64,000 nucleotides of DNA, from positions 2,016,001 to 2,080,000 of the forward strand of contig CM000151.3 of NCBI GenBank assembly GCA_000004695.1. Reading direction: 5' to 3'. The notes beneath the pieces are model-generated. The model was given only the letters and a program-made list of their open reading frames with translations. It was not told the DNA's origin and did not search any database. The translations under genes were made by a program, and so were the position numbers. This document shows, in pieces, positions 48,835 to 64,000 of this stretch. This DNA is from Dictyostelium discoideum (taxonomy: Eukaryota). The first letter of the stretch is position 1. Every line of letters starts with the position of its first letter.

Positions 48835-49167
48835 ATAAATAAATAAATAAATAAAAAAACAATTCATTTATTATAATTTTTATTTTTATTTTTTTTTTTT
48901 TATTTTTTATTTTTTATTTTTTATTTTTTTTTTTTTTTTTTTTTTTTATTTTGTGTTGGTGACTTATTTTCAAAGGTCATGTTTAAAATTTGTAATAAAT
49001 TCACTGATAAAAATAAAAAAAAATCCCCCTTTCGATTTAAATTTTTAATAAAAGATAAGATTTTTTTTTTTTTTTAAAAAATTAAGAAATTTATATTATT
49101 TAATTCCCACTTTAATTAATTTTTTGTTATGTCATTTTTTATTTAATTTTATTTTTATAAAAAAAAT

Positions 49168-49201
<34 letters not shown>

Positions 49202-49310
49202 CGTTAAAACGGCACAAAAATTTTTTTTTTTATTTTTTTTTATTTCATTTTATTTTTTTTAAAAGTTTATTTTTAAAACAAATTCTATATATATATATAA
49301 AAATAAAGAA

Positions 49311-51345
<2,035 letters not shown>

Positions 51346-51474
51346 AAAAAAAAGAATTTAATAATATAAAAAAAAAAAAAATAAAGAATATTTGATTATT
51401 TATAATAAAAAAATAAAAGAATAAGTTTTGAAAAAAATAAGAACATTTTAAAATATTTTAGTTTTATTTATTTA

Positions 51475-53478
<2,004 letters not shown>

Positions 53479-53718
53479 CTCTTTTAAAGATATTTATTTA
53501 TTTATCTTTTTTTATTTAGTGAAGTGAAACTGTTTAAGACAATAATAACATTTTTTTATTTTTTTTATTTTTTTTTATTAACAAAAATAAAAAAAAAGTT
53601 CCATATTTCCAAGAAATTTTTCGACAATTTATTTTTTTTAATTTTTTTTAATTTTTAAATTTTTTTTTTTTAGTCTTGTTTTATTTTTTTATTTGGATTA
53701 TTAAAATTAAAAAGCTGT

Positions 53719-53979
53719 ATGACATCTTCAAATGAGATAATTATTTTAGATGATGACGATGATGATGATAGTGAACAACAAAAAACACCAAGATTTCAAG
53801 TAAATAATGGAGCTGAAACAATGAAAAATTCAAATTCCGATATTAGAAAAAAAGTAAATAAAACAATTGTAAATAAAAAAAGAGAGTTATTGGCGAACAT
53901 CCATTCAAATAGATTTGATCGAATAGATAATAAAAAGATAAAAAGTGTTAATGACAATAAAACCAAGAATACCAACAGT

Positions 53980-54043
<64 letters not shown>

Positions 54044-55154
54044 GTGATGGTAATAAAACAACAATCCCAACAATAACCACTACAACTAGTAGTCCCAAAA
54101 ATATTATTTGTATAGATGATGATGACGATGATGCTATTGTAAATAATCTTAATACAAATAAAATAACAAGTAATTCAACAAAAGAAATAGTGCAAACAAA
54201 ACAAACGACACCAACAAAAGTACAGTCACCACGTTATCATAATAGTAATAGCAATAAAAGTCCCAATGCAAAATCAAATTTTTTAGCAGATATACACGAA
54301 AAAAGATTAAATATTGGTGATGGTGGTATTACAATCGATGAGAATTATCACAACGTTTCAAATGGAGATAACGATTCCTATCGACCAAATAATAATAATA
54401 ATAATATCAAAAGTAACAGTAACAGTAATAACAATTCAGATAAAATTAAAACTAATAAAGAACCATTTAATTTTCAACAATCACTAGACTTGAAAAAACA
54501 ATTGAATTCAATTAGAAATGAACAACATAAAAGCTATAGAAATGATAAATTAAATAAAAAGAAATTCTTTGACCTAAATGATATCGATACACTTCAAAAA
54601 CAAGAATTACAGAATAGAATGATTTCAGCATCAATGGAAACAACAATACCAACTGTTAATAGAAACGCTATTCATACAATTGATAATACTATATTACATC
54701 CTGAAGCAATTGGTAGAAAAGCATTGGAGTTTTCAAATAAATTTAGAAGTGCTCAAGGTAAACCATCATTAATTTGGAATCAAACTATTTATCATATAGG
54801 TGTTGAACATAGTAAAAGTAAGTATATAAATAATATATTATAACAATAGCAATAGCAATGATAAACATTAACATTTAATTATAATATATAGACATGGCAG
54901 AGAAAAAAGTTGCTTTTGGACATGATGGATTTAATGATAGAGCTAAAAGATACCCATTCCCATCAAGAGGAGCTGGTGAAAATGTTGCTTATACAAATGA
55001 TCCAGATGATATTGCAAATAAAGTGGTAAATGGTTGGATTAATTCACCTGGACATAGAAAGAATCTTCTTGGTAATTTTAATGTTTGTTCAATTGGCGTT
55101 TATAAAAATAGTGAAGGTTTTTGGTACTTAACTCAATTATTTGGTCTTCAATAA
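53719..55154 (+). CDS. CAP/SCP/PR-1 domain protein with a long acidic Asn-rich N-terminal region; exons 53719..54817 and 54892..55154, about 453 aa
   Basis: Exon 1 starts MTSSNEIIILDDDDDDDSEQQ and runs to the N-terminal part of the CAP domain (ALEFSNKFRSAQGKPSLIWNQTIYHIGVEHSKS). It ends A|gtaagt at 54817. Exon 2 begins after tatatag at 54892 and holds the C-terminal CAP part (NGWINSPGHRKNLLGNFNVCSIGVYKNSEGFWYLTQLFG). The intron is 74 bp. I saw no N-terminal signal peptide. Confidence 0.7.
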
Positions 55155-55217
55155 TAATTTAATAAACAATATAATAAATAATAAACAATAAAATATAATA
55201 ATAAATAATAAATAATA

Positions 55218-55347
<130 letters not shown>

Positions 55348-55498
55348 GGAGAAACATATCATAATATGTAAATTAGTTTTTTAATATATTCTGAAATGTT
55401 TTTAAATAAATATAATACAATGTATTTAGATATTATTGATATTTTATTGATATATTTTATTATTACATGTGTGTTAAAACTTTATATATATATTTATT

Positions 55499-55747
55499 TT
55501 ATTCGTCTTTAAGTAAAATGACATCAACATTGTCGTGAACACGTTGGAGTAAGATTTCACCTTGGAAAGTGATGATACCTCTCTTTTTAGCAGCTTTGAG
55601 TGTACCAACTAATGCTTCGAAAAAGTTTGCAACATCATCATCATTGAATAAAACACCATATTTGACAGAGTACTTTCCATCAGCACCCTTGGTTCCAAGT
55701 TTTTTAATAAATTTGACTAATTCCTTAACTTCGTGATCAACGTCCAT
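55499..55747 (-). CDS. cosA: Costars family protein of 82 aa, homologous to the ABRA/STARS C-terminal domain
   Basis: A single exon, MDVDHEVKELVKFIKKLGTKGADGKYSVKYGVLFNDDDVANFFEALVGTLKAAKKRGIITFQGEILLQRVHDNVDVILLKDE. Its size and sequence fit Dictyostelium Costars. There is a real ATG at 55747. Confidence 0.8.
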   Translation of the reverse strand: MDVDHEVKELVKFIKKLGTKGADGKYSVKYGVLFNDDDVANFFEALVGTLKAAKKRGIITFQGEILLQRVHDNVDVILLKDE

Positions 55748-55928
55748 TCTTTACTAAAAAAAAAAAAAAAAAGTATTAAAACCCAAATAAAATACTTCTG
55801 ATTTATTAAAAAAAAAAAAAAAAAAAAAATCATTTAATGATCACACATACATATATGCTTTTACAAAAATTTTTAATGAAAATAAAAAAAAAAAAAAAAA
55901 AAAACAAAAATAAAAAATCAAAAAAACC

Positions 55929-55985
<57 letters not shown>

Positions 55986-56142
55986 AAAACCCAAAATAAA
56001 ATAAAATGAAATTAATTAATAAAACCCCTACATGATTAAAATAATGCTAAATTAAATAAGATAAATTGTTTTTTATTTTATTTTATTTTATTTTATTTTA
56101 TTTATTTTATTTATATTATTTTATATTATTTTAATAGTTTAT

Positions 56143-59100
56143 TTATTTTGAGTATTTGGCAAGGATATGATTGAATATCATTTGGATCAGGTTATTTTCA
56201 CCACCATTACCATATGACCCAATTGATTGAAGGAATGATATTTGTTCTTTTGAGATACCATAGGCTTTTTCAAAATTGTATTTTTGATCAAAGTCTAAAG
56301 TGTGGAAAGTTCTTAATTTAATACAAACTTTTTCATTAGAATCCATCACCATACGCTTCCACTGTTTAAAATTAACTTCTTTACAATTTCCACCTTTTTC
56401 ATTTTTTAATACTTGGAGAATTTTAACAGAATTAATAACTTCACCATAAACATTATAGATCTTTAATGAAGAATCTGAAGAATCTTTAAAGTTATCATTA
56501 AACATTATTTTAATTATATTATCGGCTACCCAATTCACAGGTGAACATAATAAATTAATATCTACTTCTTTATCAGATGGGAAATAACCTAATTTAAAAC
56601 TTGATTGAAGCATCAATTGAGTGATATCACCATAATGACCAATACCAGTATCAGGATTTGAAAATATACTTGGAGCTCTAAATATAATTGATGGAATTTT
56701 AAATCTTGATGATGCTTCAGTTAATAAAAATTCAGAAATTACTTTACTTTGCATATAACCTGTTGGTAAATTATTTATTGTTTCAAGTTTTGGAGTTGCA
56801 ATTGATCCATTAAATTCTTGATTGTAAAATACTGAAAATGTTGATATTGTAAGTATTGGTTTTGGTTGGTGGTGTTGTTGTTGTGTTGGTTTACCAAAAA
56901 GTGAAAGTTTAATAATTTCTTTTAAACTATTAACATTTACTTGTTTACATTCGTAATAATTTGCTCTTAGATTAATATCAGCACCACTATTTAAAAGTAA
57001 ATTTGTATTGTTTGAAATTAATGAATAATTATAATCAGATAAACCAAACTTCTTTTTAGTTAAATCTCCAACAATTGGTATAATTTTTGAAAGATGTTTT
57101 TCATTTAATTGTTTATAATATAATTGATGATGTTTTAAATTATTCAAAATCTCATCAACTGGATTACTAGATTTACTTTTATTTCTTAATAAACAATAAA
57201 CTACTGAACAACATTCCATTTGAATTAAATACCAAAGTAAATAAGCACCTAAAAATCCTGTACTACCTGTTAAAAATATTCTTAATTCATTTTCTTTAAA
57301 TTCTTTAATTTCTATTTGATTTCTTATTGAATTTGATGAAATTAAATTAAATTCATCATCATCAAGTTTAATTTCATTTTTCCAAAATTCTTCAGATTCT
57401 ATTGTTTTATTTTCAGGAATATTATTATTTTTTTTATTTTGTCGATGTTGTTGTTGTTGTCCATCACCAATTTTTAATTTTAATTGATTTGTAATTAATT
57501 TAATTGATGATGATATTGTGTTTGATTGAAGTTGTTGAATTGTAATTAAACTAGAGTAGATTTCTTTATCAATCCAATTTTTTAATTGAACTGTTAATAG
57601 TGAGTCTGCACCATACTCAAGTAATCTTAAATCTTGATTAATCTTTGATACTTCAATAGATAATAGTTCTGATAGTTTATTTAAAAATAAACTATCTATA
57701 CTTGTGTCATTTTCAATTTTTTTATTATTTGTTAATTCATTATTTTCAATTAGATTTGTAATGAAATCGAATTTATGTATCATTGGATGTTTTTTATAAT
57801 GTTCAAATAAAGTTTTAAAATTAAATGGTGATACTATTAAATTTGTAGATTGAAAAACATTTTGAATTTGTGAATCTAATAAACCCAATATCATATTGAT
57901 AGGTAATGGATACAAACCTTGGCCATCTAATAGCTGTGCAATTGATTCATTTCTTGAAACTAAACCTGCAGATTGAACAGATCCATAATTTGTACAAATT
58001 GAAGGTAAACCAATTGATTTCCTATATCTTGATAATGAATCTAATACTCTATTAGAACAAACATAAGAACATTGATCAACTGAACCAATTATTGATGCAA
58101 CTGATGATGATAATATAAATTGTTTTAATTTCCAATTTCTTTTTATAGATTGATTATGTAAATTAATTGCACCCATTGTTTTTGCACCATGTGAAATTTC
58201 TAAACTTTTCATATCGATTTCATTTACACCACAAAATGTAAATTCAAATGCAAAATGAAAAATTGAATCTATATTTGTTATTGTTTTTGAATTTCCATTT
58301 AAAATTTGATCAATTGCATTATCAACACTAATCGAATTACTAACATCAACACTCTTAAAATGAAAATTAATATGTTTATTCTTCTTTATTAATAATTCTA
58401 AACCCCATTTCATTGATGATTTTGAAAGAACTATAATATTTTTAACATTTTCTGAAAATTTAACAATCCATTTTAAAATTTCTAAAATAATACCAGACTG
58501 ACCTGTTACTAATATTGTTGAACCTAAATGATCTTGATTATTACTATTAATTTTATAATTTGTTTTTAAAATTGAAAAATTTGAATTAATTTGATTTTTA
58601 TGAACATCAATTAAATCACTTAGAATGTTAATATCATTATTTACAACTATTTTACCAATATGTTTACGTTTATTAATATATTCAATTGCTACTTTAATTG
58701 TTGAATTTGAAAATTCAGTAATTGGCATTAAGTTTAATTCATGATTTTCAATAGCTCTAGTTATTTTCTTTAACATTCTCTGTATTAATGTTTTTTCAAT
58801 AAATAATAATTCAACATTATGATAGCCAAAATTATATTTAAAATTATTATTATTTATATATTCATTTGGATTTAAATGAGTGATTGATAAATCTACAATT
58901 CTACCACCAATATTTAAACATTTGAAATTTGAATCCATATAATCACTTGATAAAGTATTTAATATTAAATCTACACCATGTTTATCTGATTTTAATTGTT
59001 TTAATTTTAACTTTATCTCTTCTGAATAGTCTTTGTTCATTGTTGAATAAATTCCAGTTATAAAATCACCATAGGTATTGATAAGGTATTGCTCTTTCTC

Positions 59101-62100
59101 TTTTGAACCTACAGTAACGAATATATGTGATTTATGACCTTTCCATTTCAATATATTCAATGCTGATAATCCTATACCACCTGAACCTGAATGAATTAAT
59201 ATTGATTCATTTCTTTTAATTTTTAAATTTCCAACATTAAATATTGAATGATATGATGTTAAATAAACACCTGGTATTGACGCTGCCTCAATATGATTAA
59301 TATTAGTTGGTTTATGGTAAATCTGATTGTAATCAACTATGATATGTGTTGAAGTTGTATCATAACCAATACCATAAATTTGATCGCCTATCTTGAAATC
59401 ATTAATATTACTACCAATGGCTGAAACAATACCTGAAAATTCCAAACCAAATTCTGGATCATTTATATCATTATTATGACTAACCATTTCAGGTGGTAAA
59501 AGTCCACAATAAAGTAAATAATCTTTATAATTTATACCAGTTGCCTTAACATGAACTTCTAATTGATTCTCTTTTAATGATTTCTTTGAATCTAAAATAA
59601 ACTCTAAATTTGGTGATAGTTTTGCATATAATTGATTGATATCATTTACAAATGATTCAGATATAACAAATGTTTTATTTAAATTTGAATTTCTCTTATA
59701 TCTTTCATAATAAACTTTGTTATCTCTAATTTTAAATTCTTTTTGAATGAATTTATTTGAATCTAATAATAATTGAATAGTATTATTTAATTCTTTATTG
59801 TTTATTGATTTTTGATCAAAATCCAAAGAGAATAAATTAAGTTGAGGAAATACTTCAAAATATCTTGCTGCACCAATTACCGAAGCTGATAAATAATTAA
59901 TATTATCAGAATTTAATGTAATTAAAACATTTTTACATTTTAAATTATTTGATAATAATATTTGATTAATTTGAATGTATTCTAATGTTACAAATTTGAA
60001 ATTATCAATTGTTAATTGATTAATTGCTTTTGTAAAATAAACAATTGATTTATCAGTAATAATTGATTTTTTAATTAATTCATTAAATTGTTGAACATTT
60101 GAAATTGTTGTTGTTGATACCTCTTTAAATAATGATAATTCATTATCACCATAGATAATGATATTATTATTATTATCATCATTAATTTGAGTAATTGTTT
60201 CAATATTGTTTAAATTTGAATAGATTGAAGGCTTTTGAGTATGTATTACATAAAAACTTGGTATTTCAATTGACATTATAACTTTAACTTCATTAAAACT
60301 ACAATCTAATAATAAATTATTCCAAGATTCTTTAGGCATACAACATCTATCTTTTCTTATAGTTAAATCTGTAAAACACCACCATTGATCGAATACACCG
60401 AATATATTATCTAATAAAATTGATTTATAAATTGGTTCTACAAATACAAGTTGACCATTTGGTTTTAATATTTCATAAATTTGATTAATTGGTGGTTTTA
60501 ATTGTTTAACTACATGTAATACATTTGACATTATTACAAAATCATAATATGATGGTTTTAACATTTGTTCAGTAATTAATTGCTTTTCAAGATTTAATGG
60601 TTTATAAATGATATGAATATTTTGATTTATATGTGAAAACTTGGATTTGGCATCTGGAATGAAGGATGGTGATATATCACTCCATGTATATTCTATATCG
60701 ATTTCACTATTTGGAAATTCTATCAATAATTCATTGATTTTATTTAATACAATCAATGATAATGATGCTACACCACCTCCAAATTCTAATATTCTAAATA
60801 CCATCTTTTCATTTAAATTTGGTAAAATTGATTCACTTATAATATTAGCAATCACTTGATTATGAATTTTAAGAATATGATAATTTGAATAGAAATTATC
60901 TAACATTCCATTGTCAAATAATGATTGAGGTGTATCATTTGAAGGATCGTCATCTATCAATGGAAATAACAATTTTGCAACGATTTTTGTTGATTTTAAT
61001 AATATTTCATAATGTTCTATATTATTTTCATTATAATAATGTTGATGATCATCAACATTATTAACATCAATAACACTATCTTTTAAGGTTTCAAAAATTG
61101 ATTTGAATAATTTTGAATGTTTATCATCATTTAAATATTTTTCAAGTAATTGAATTATATCCATTGATTTGATTATTTCTATATTAAGTTGTGGACATCT
61201 TTTAACTATATTTGAATATAATTGATTTGAAATGAAATTTTTCAAAATTGAAATGTCATAATTTTTAACTTTTTCATTCATCCTATCAGGTTCATCAAGT
61301 TGTTGAGTGAATTTTGAAGGTGATGGTATTGGTGAATCAATTAATTGATTATATGTTGAATATAAATCATTTAATGGTGGTTGTATTATTGATGAATCTT
61401 TAATTATTGTTAAAGATTTACATACTAATTTATTCATTTCAATTAAAATTCTACCATCTTCAAACATAACTATGATTGAACTTGAAAATGAATCTCCTAT
61501 TCTTTTAAAACTATATGAATATGAATATAGTTTAATTTCTTTATCAGATGATAATTCTAAAAATGATGGTATATTTGATGAATAATATTTAAATCCTTCA
61601 ACTTTTTCAAATACTAATTGACATTGTTCATCAACTAATCCAACTGAACTATGTAAACAAGAATCCAATACTGATGGTGTGAAAAGAGTTGATGATGATG
61701 GTTTAATTGGTATAACAGCTAATGAACAATCATCACCTAAGTAACACTCTGAAACTGTTTGAAATTCACCATTGTATGATAATCCAGTTTTTGATTTAAT
61801 ATTTTGATATAATTCATTCTTTGTTAATTTTGTTAAATTACATTTATTATTAATTAATTCTTGAATATTATACTTTTTATTTACATTATTACCACTTGTA
61901 AATAATTGGAAATTACCATTTGATGATTGTACCCATTCATTTGATTTATTATCTTTAAAATGGAATTGTACTTTAAATTCAGTTTTACCAGTTTGAAATA
62001 TATTTGTTTGTAAACATTGATTAATACCATCTATTAAAATTAATGGTGATTTAAATTCCATTGAACCAATAGTCAAATCTTGTGATGGATATAATTTCAA

Positions 62101-64000
62101 TAGATTATCAATATAACCACAACCTGGGAAATAGTATTTACCATTCACAATATGACCTTTAAGATATTTGAATGGTTTCTTACTAATATCAATAAATGTT
62201 TGATATGATTTAACATTTGGTGAACTTTCAATTAATGAAAAACCAAGTTGGTCAATTGGAGGTCCTTGAAATTTGTGTTTTTGTTGAACTAAATCTTCTT
62301 TCCAATATTTTTTATCATCCCATTGATAATTTGGTAATATTATTTCTTGATTATTATTATTATTAATTATTTGCTCATCTTTGAATTGTGATTTAAAATT
62401 GATGTTATATCGATTATCACAATAAAGTTTAGCAATTGTTTTTTGAATCTCTTGAATATCATTCTTTTTCTTATGAAGTGCTGAATATATTGAAACTTTG
62501 AAATTAGTTTCTTCAGTAGTTGACAAAGATGATACAGGTATCATTTGTTTTAAATAAAACTGTAATGTTGGATGTGGTGCTAATTCAATGAATACAATTT
62601 CATTTCCTAATTTATTTATTTCAATATGTTTATATAAATTTGAAATTGTTTGGGAAAATTTAACTGGTTTTATTATGTTATTATAAACATATTCGGAGTT
62701 GAATGGTGTTGTTGAAGATTCGTATAAATTTGTTGTTACTGTTGAAAAAATTGGTATTGTTGGTGATTGATGATTAATGTTTAAATTTAAGATTTGATCT
62801 TTTGTAATCTTTTGATTTGAAGTATGGAAAGATGATAATGAAGCTAACATTGTTGAGAAAATTCCTTTATCTTTTAATTCATTTGATATTTGATTTAATT
62901 GTTGTTCATTACCTCCCAATACAATTGAATTTGGTGAATTGTAACATGCAATTTCAATATCTGGGTATTTAGTTGAATAATTTGATGATAAATAATCTTC
63001 AGAACTAATACCAATTGATAACATTCTACCACCATTACAATGTGTTTCAATTTGTGCTAATGATCTATGATAAATTAAATAACATAAAGTATCCAATGTA
63101 ATCATACCTGAGCAATAGGCTGCTGGAATTTCACCTAAACTATGACCAACTATAAATGATGCTTCAATACCCCAATGTTTATATAATTCGAATAATGATA
63201 TCGTTAACATACAAACTATTGGTTGTGCAATTGTTGGATGTTGAATACTTCTATCTCCATCATCTATAATTGATCTAAATTTATTTAAAACTGAATATTC
63301 ATAATACTTTAATAGTTCATCATCTAATAAATCCATTGATTTTTTGAAAATTGGTTCATTATTATACAATTCCAATGACATTGTATTATATTGTGAACCT
63401 TGACCCGCAAACACAAATACAGTAATTGGATTATTTTGAACTTTTGACATATTTGATGATTGTGTATTAGATGTTTGAATTTTATTTGTTGATTCAATAT
63501 TTTCACTAAATTCATTCCAATTTGAAGCAGTAACTACACAACGTTGGTAAAGTGAACTTGATTTACTAAAAATTTGTTGTTTAACAAACTCTTTAAAATC
63601 ATTTGATTTTTTAAACAAATAATCATTAACCACCGATTCATACTGTTTTAATGATTGTACTGAATTTGCAGAAAATGGTACTAAATACTGTTTTTGAGTT
63701 TGTAAATTTTTTAAATCTTCACTATGTGTGCAACTGTTTTTGTTGTTGTTGTTTTTATTGTTACCTTTGTATTCTGATAAAATTAAGCAACAATTTGAGC
63801 CGGTAATACCAAAATTATTTAAAATCATTGAAAAATTATCAGTTTTTTGGAGATCTTTGAAATGGATAGGTTCTGTAACAACTTTTAAATTCCATTCGTC
63901 AAATTTAATTGATGGATTTGGATTTTTAAAATTAATATTTGGTGTTAGATATTTGTTTTTAAACATTAAACAACATTTAACCAATGATGCAGAACCTGAA
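56143..64000 (-). CDS. Type I highly reducing polyketide synthase, partial (the N-terminus lies beyond the window end). Domains are KS(C-terminal part)-AT-DH-cMT-ER-KR-ACP plus a C-terminal NAD(P)-dependent reductase
   Basis: The frame is open from the window end at 64000 to the stop at 56143; the track M at 63984 is a TTG. Motifs are the KS end [14 protein letters not shown], the AT signatures [10 protein letters not shown] and GHSLGEI, the DH motif [14 protein letters not shown], the methyltransferase [14 protein letters not shown], the ER motif [21 protein letters not shown] and the KR motif [18 protein letters not shown]. The ACP motif is [17 protein letters not shown], and the terminal reductase shows [18 protein letters not shown] and YMQSK. 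Confidence 0.9.
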   Translation of the reverse strand, partial: SGSASLVKCCLMFKNKYLTPNINFKNPNPSIKFDEWNLKVVTEPIHFKDLQKTDNFSMILNNFGITGSNCCLILSEYKGNNKNNNNKNSCTHSEDLKNLQTQKQYLVPFSANSVQSLKQYESVVNDYLFKKSNDFKEFVKQQIFSKSSSLYQRCVVTASNWNEFSENIESTNKIQTSNTQSSNMSKVQNNPITVFVFAGQGSQYNTMSLELYNNEPIFKKSMDLLDDELLKYYEYSVLNKFRSIIDDGDRSIQHPTIAQPIVCMLTISLFELYKHWGIEASFIVGHSLGEIPAAYCSGMITLDTLCYLIYHRSLAQIETHCNGGRMLSIGISSEDYLSSNYSTKYPDIEIACYNSPNSIVLGGNEQQLNQISNELKDKGIFSTMLASLSSFHTSNQKITKDQILNLNINHQSPTIPIFSTVTTNLYESSTTPFNSEYVYNNIIKPVKFSQTISNLYKHIEINKLGNEIVFIELAPHPTLQFYLKQMIPVSSLSTTEETNFKVSIYSALHKKKNDIQEIQKTIAKLYCDNRYNINFKSQFKDEQIINNNNNQEIILPNYQWDDKKYWKEDLVQQKHKFQGPPIDQLGFSLIESSPNVKSYQTFIDISKKPFKYLKGHIVNGKYYFPGCGYIDNLLKLYPSQDLTIGSMEFKSPLILIDGINQCLQTNIFQTGKTEFKVQFHFKDNKSNEWVQSSNGNFQLFTSGNNVNKKYNIQELINNKCNLTKLTKNELYQNIKSKTGLSYNGEFQTVSECYLGDDCSLAVIPIKPSSSTLFTPSVLDSCLHSSVGLVDEQCQLVFEKVEGFKYYSSNIPSFLELSSDKEIKLYSYSYSFKRIGDSFSSSIIVMFEDGRILIEMNKLVCKSLTIIKDSSIIQPPLNDLYSTYNQLIDSPIPSPSKFTQQLDEPDRMNEKVKNYDISILKNFISNQLYSNIVKRCPQLNIEIIKSMDIIQLLEKYLNDDKHSKLFKSIFETLKDSVIDVNNVDDHQHYYNENNIEHYEILLKSTKIVAKLLFPLIDDDPSNDTPQSLFDNGMLDNFYSNYHILKIHNQVIANIISESILPNLNEKMVFRILEFGGGVASLSLIVLNKINELLIEFPNSEIDIEYTWSDISPSFIPDAKSKFSHINQNIHIIYKPLNLEKQLITEQMLKPSYYDFVIMSNVLHVVKQLKPPINQIYEILKPNGQLVFVEPIYKSILLDNIFGVFDQWWCFTDLTIRKDRCCMPKESWNNLLLDCSFNEVKVIMSIEIPSFYVIHTQKPSIYSNLNNIETITQINDDNNNNIIIYGDNELSLFKEVSTTTISNVQQFNELIKKSIITDKSIVYFTKAINQLTIDNFKFVTLEYIQINQILLSNNLKCKNVLITLNSDNINYLSASVIGAARYFEVFPQLNLFSLDFDQKSINNKELNNTIQLLLDSNKFIQKEFKIRDNKVYYERYKRNSNLNKTFVISESFVNDINQLYAKLSPNLEFILDSKKSLKENQLEVHVKATGINYKDYLLYCGLLPPEMVSHNNDINDPEFGLEFSGIVSAIGSNINDFKIGDQIYGIGYDTTSTHIIVDYNQIYHKPTNINHIEAASIPGVYLTSYHSIFNVGNLKIKRNESILIHSGSGGIGLSALNILKWKGHKSHIFVTVGSKEKEQYLINTYGDFITGIYSTMNKDYSEEIKLKLKQLKSDKHGVDLILNTLSSDYMDSNFKCLNIGGRIVDLSITHLNPNEYINNNNFKYNFGYHNVELLFIEKTLIQRMLKKITRAIENHELNLMPITEFSNSTIKVAIEYINKRKHIGKIVVNNDINILSDLIDVHKNQINSNFSILKTNYKINSNNQDHLGSTILVTGQSGIILEILKWIVKFSENVKNIIVLSKSSMKWGLELLIKKNKHINFHFKSVDVSNSISVDNAIDQILNGNSKTITNIDSIFHFAFEFTFCGVNEIDMKSLEISHGAKTMGAINLHNQSIKRNWKLKQFILSSSVASIIGSVDQCSYVCSNRVLDSLSRYRKSIGLPSICTNYGSVQSAGLVSRNESIAQLLDGQGLYPLPINMILGLLDSQIQNVFQSTNLIVSPFNFKTLFEHYKKHPMIHKFDFITNLIENNELTNNKKIENDTSIDSLFLNKLSELLSIEVSKINQDLRLLEYGADSLLTVQLKNWIDKEIYSSLITIQQLQSNTISSSIKLITNQLKLKIGDGQQQQHRQNKKNNNIPENKTIESEEFWKNEIKLDDDEFNLISSNSIRNQIEIKEFKENELRIFLTGSTGFLGAYLLWYLIQMECCSVVYCLLRNKSKSSNPVDEILNNLKHHQLYYKQLNEKHLSKIIPIVGDLTKKKFGLSDYNYSLISNNTNLLLNSGADINLRANYYECKQVNVNSLKEIIKLSLFGKPTQQQHHQPKPILTISTFSVFYNQEFNGSIATPKLETINNLPTGYMQSKVISEFLLTEASSRFKIPSIIFRAPSIFSNPDTGIGHYGDITQLMLQSSFKLGYFPSDKEVDINLLCSPVNWVADNIIKIMFNDNFKDSSDSSLKIYNVYGEVINSVKILQVLKNEKGGNCKEVNFKQWKRMVMDSNEKVCIKLRTFHTLDFDQKYNFEKAYGISKEQISFLQSIGSYGNGGENNLIQMIFNHILAKYSK

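Overview
This window is nuclear DNA of a dictyostelid amoeba, almost certainly Dictyostelium discoideum. Intergenic DNA and introns are extremely AT-rich, with long homopolymer A/T runs and AAT/ATT microsatellites. Coding regions carry poly-Asn and poly-Gln tracts, introns are short (about 70-170 bp) with canonical GT...AG ends, and proteins such as FNIP-repeat and irl-type kinases are Dictyostelium-specific. I reconstruct about 20 protein-coding genes, most of them spliced. On the minus strand these are a partial FNIP-repeat protein at the left edge, rps4, a PX-BAR sorting nexin, a RhoGAP/FAM13-like protein, exoc7 with an out-of-frame upstream Ser/Pro-rich ORF, a small EF-hand protein, a large unassigned multi-exon gene, SUN-domain sun1, a very Asn-rich protein, costars, and a partial highly reducing type I polyketide synthase running off the right edge. 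On the plus strand they are an IRE1-like kinase/KEN nuclease, SF3A1, a large roughly 1900-aa unassigned protein, a small zinc-finger protein, ssu72, a GPI ethanolamine-phosphate transferase, arginyl-tRNA synthetase and a CAP-domain protein. I found no tRNA, rRNA, CRISPR array or obvious transposon ORF. Many of the leading M residues in the supplied ORF track are TTG or GTG codons, so I re-derived true starts and splice junctions by reading the sequence. Exon boundaries may be off by 1 nt where I could not cross-check them against the track. The most unusual signals are four. The first is a roughly 1-kb island of strongly GC-biased codon usage inside exoc7, bounded at its 5' end by a frame discontinuity against an upstream ATG-initiated ORF. 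The second is an IRE1-like kinase with substitutions in its catalytic loop and DFG motif but an intact-looking KEN nuclease. The third and fourth are two isolated GC-balanced elements in AT deserts, a candidate hairpin RNA near 35.0 kb and a MITE-like inverted repeat near 2.4 kb. Long first introns in the sorting nexin and rps4 genes also contain atypically complex sequence.
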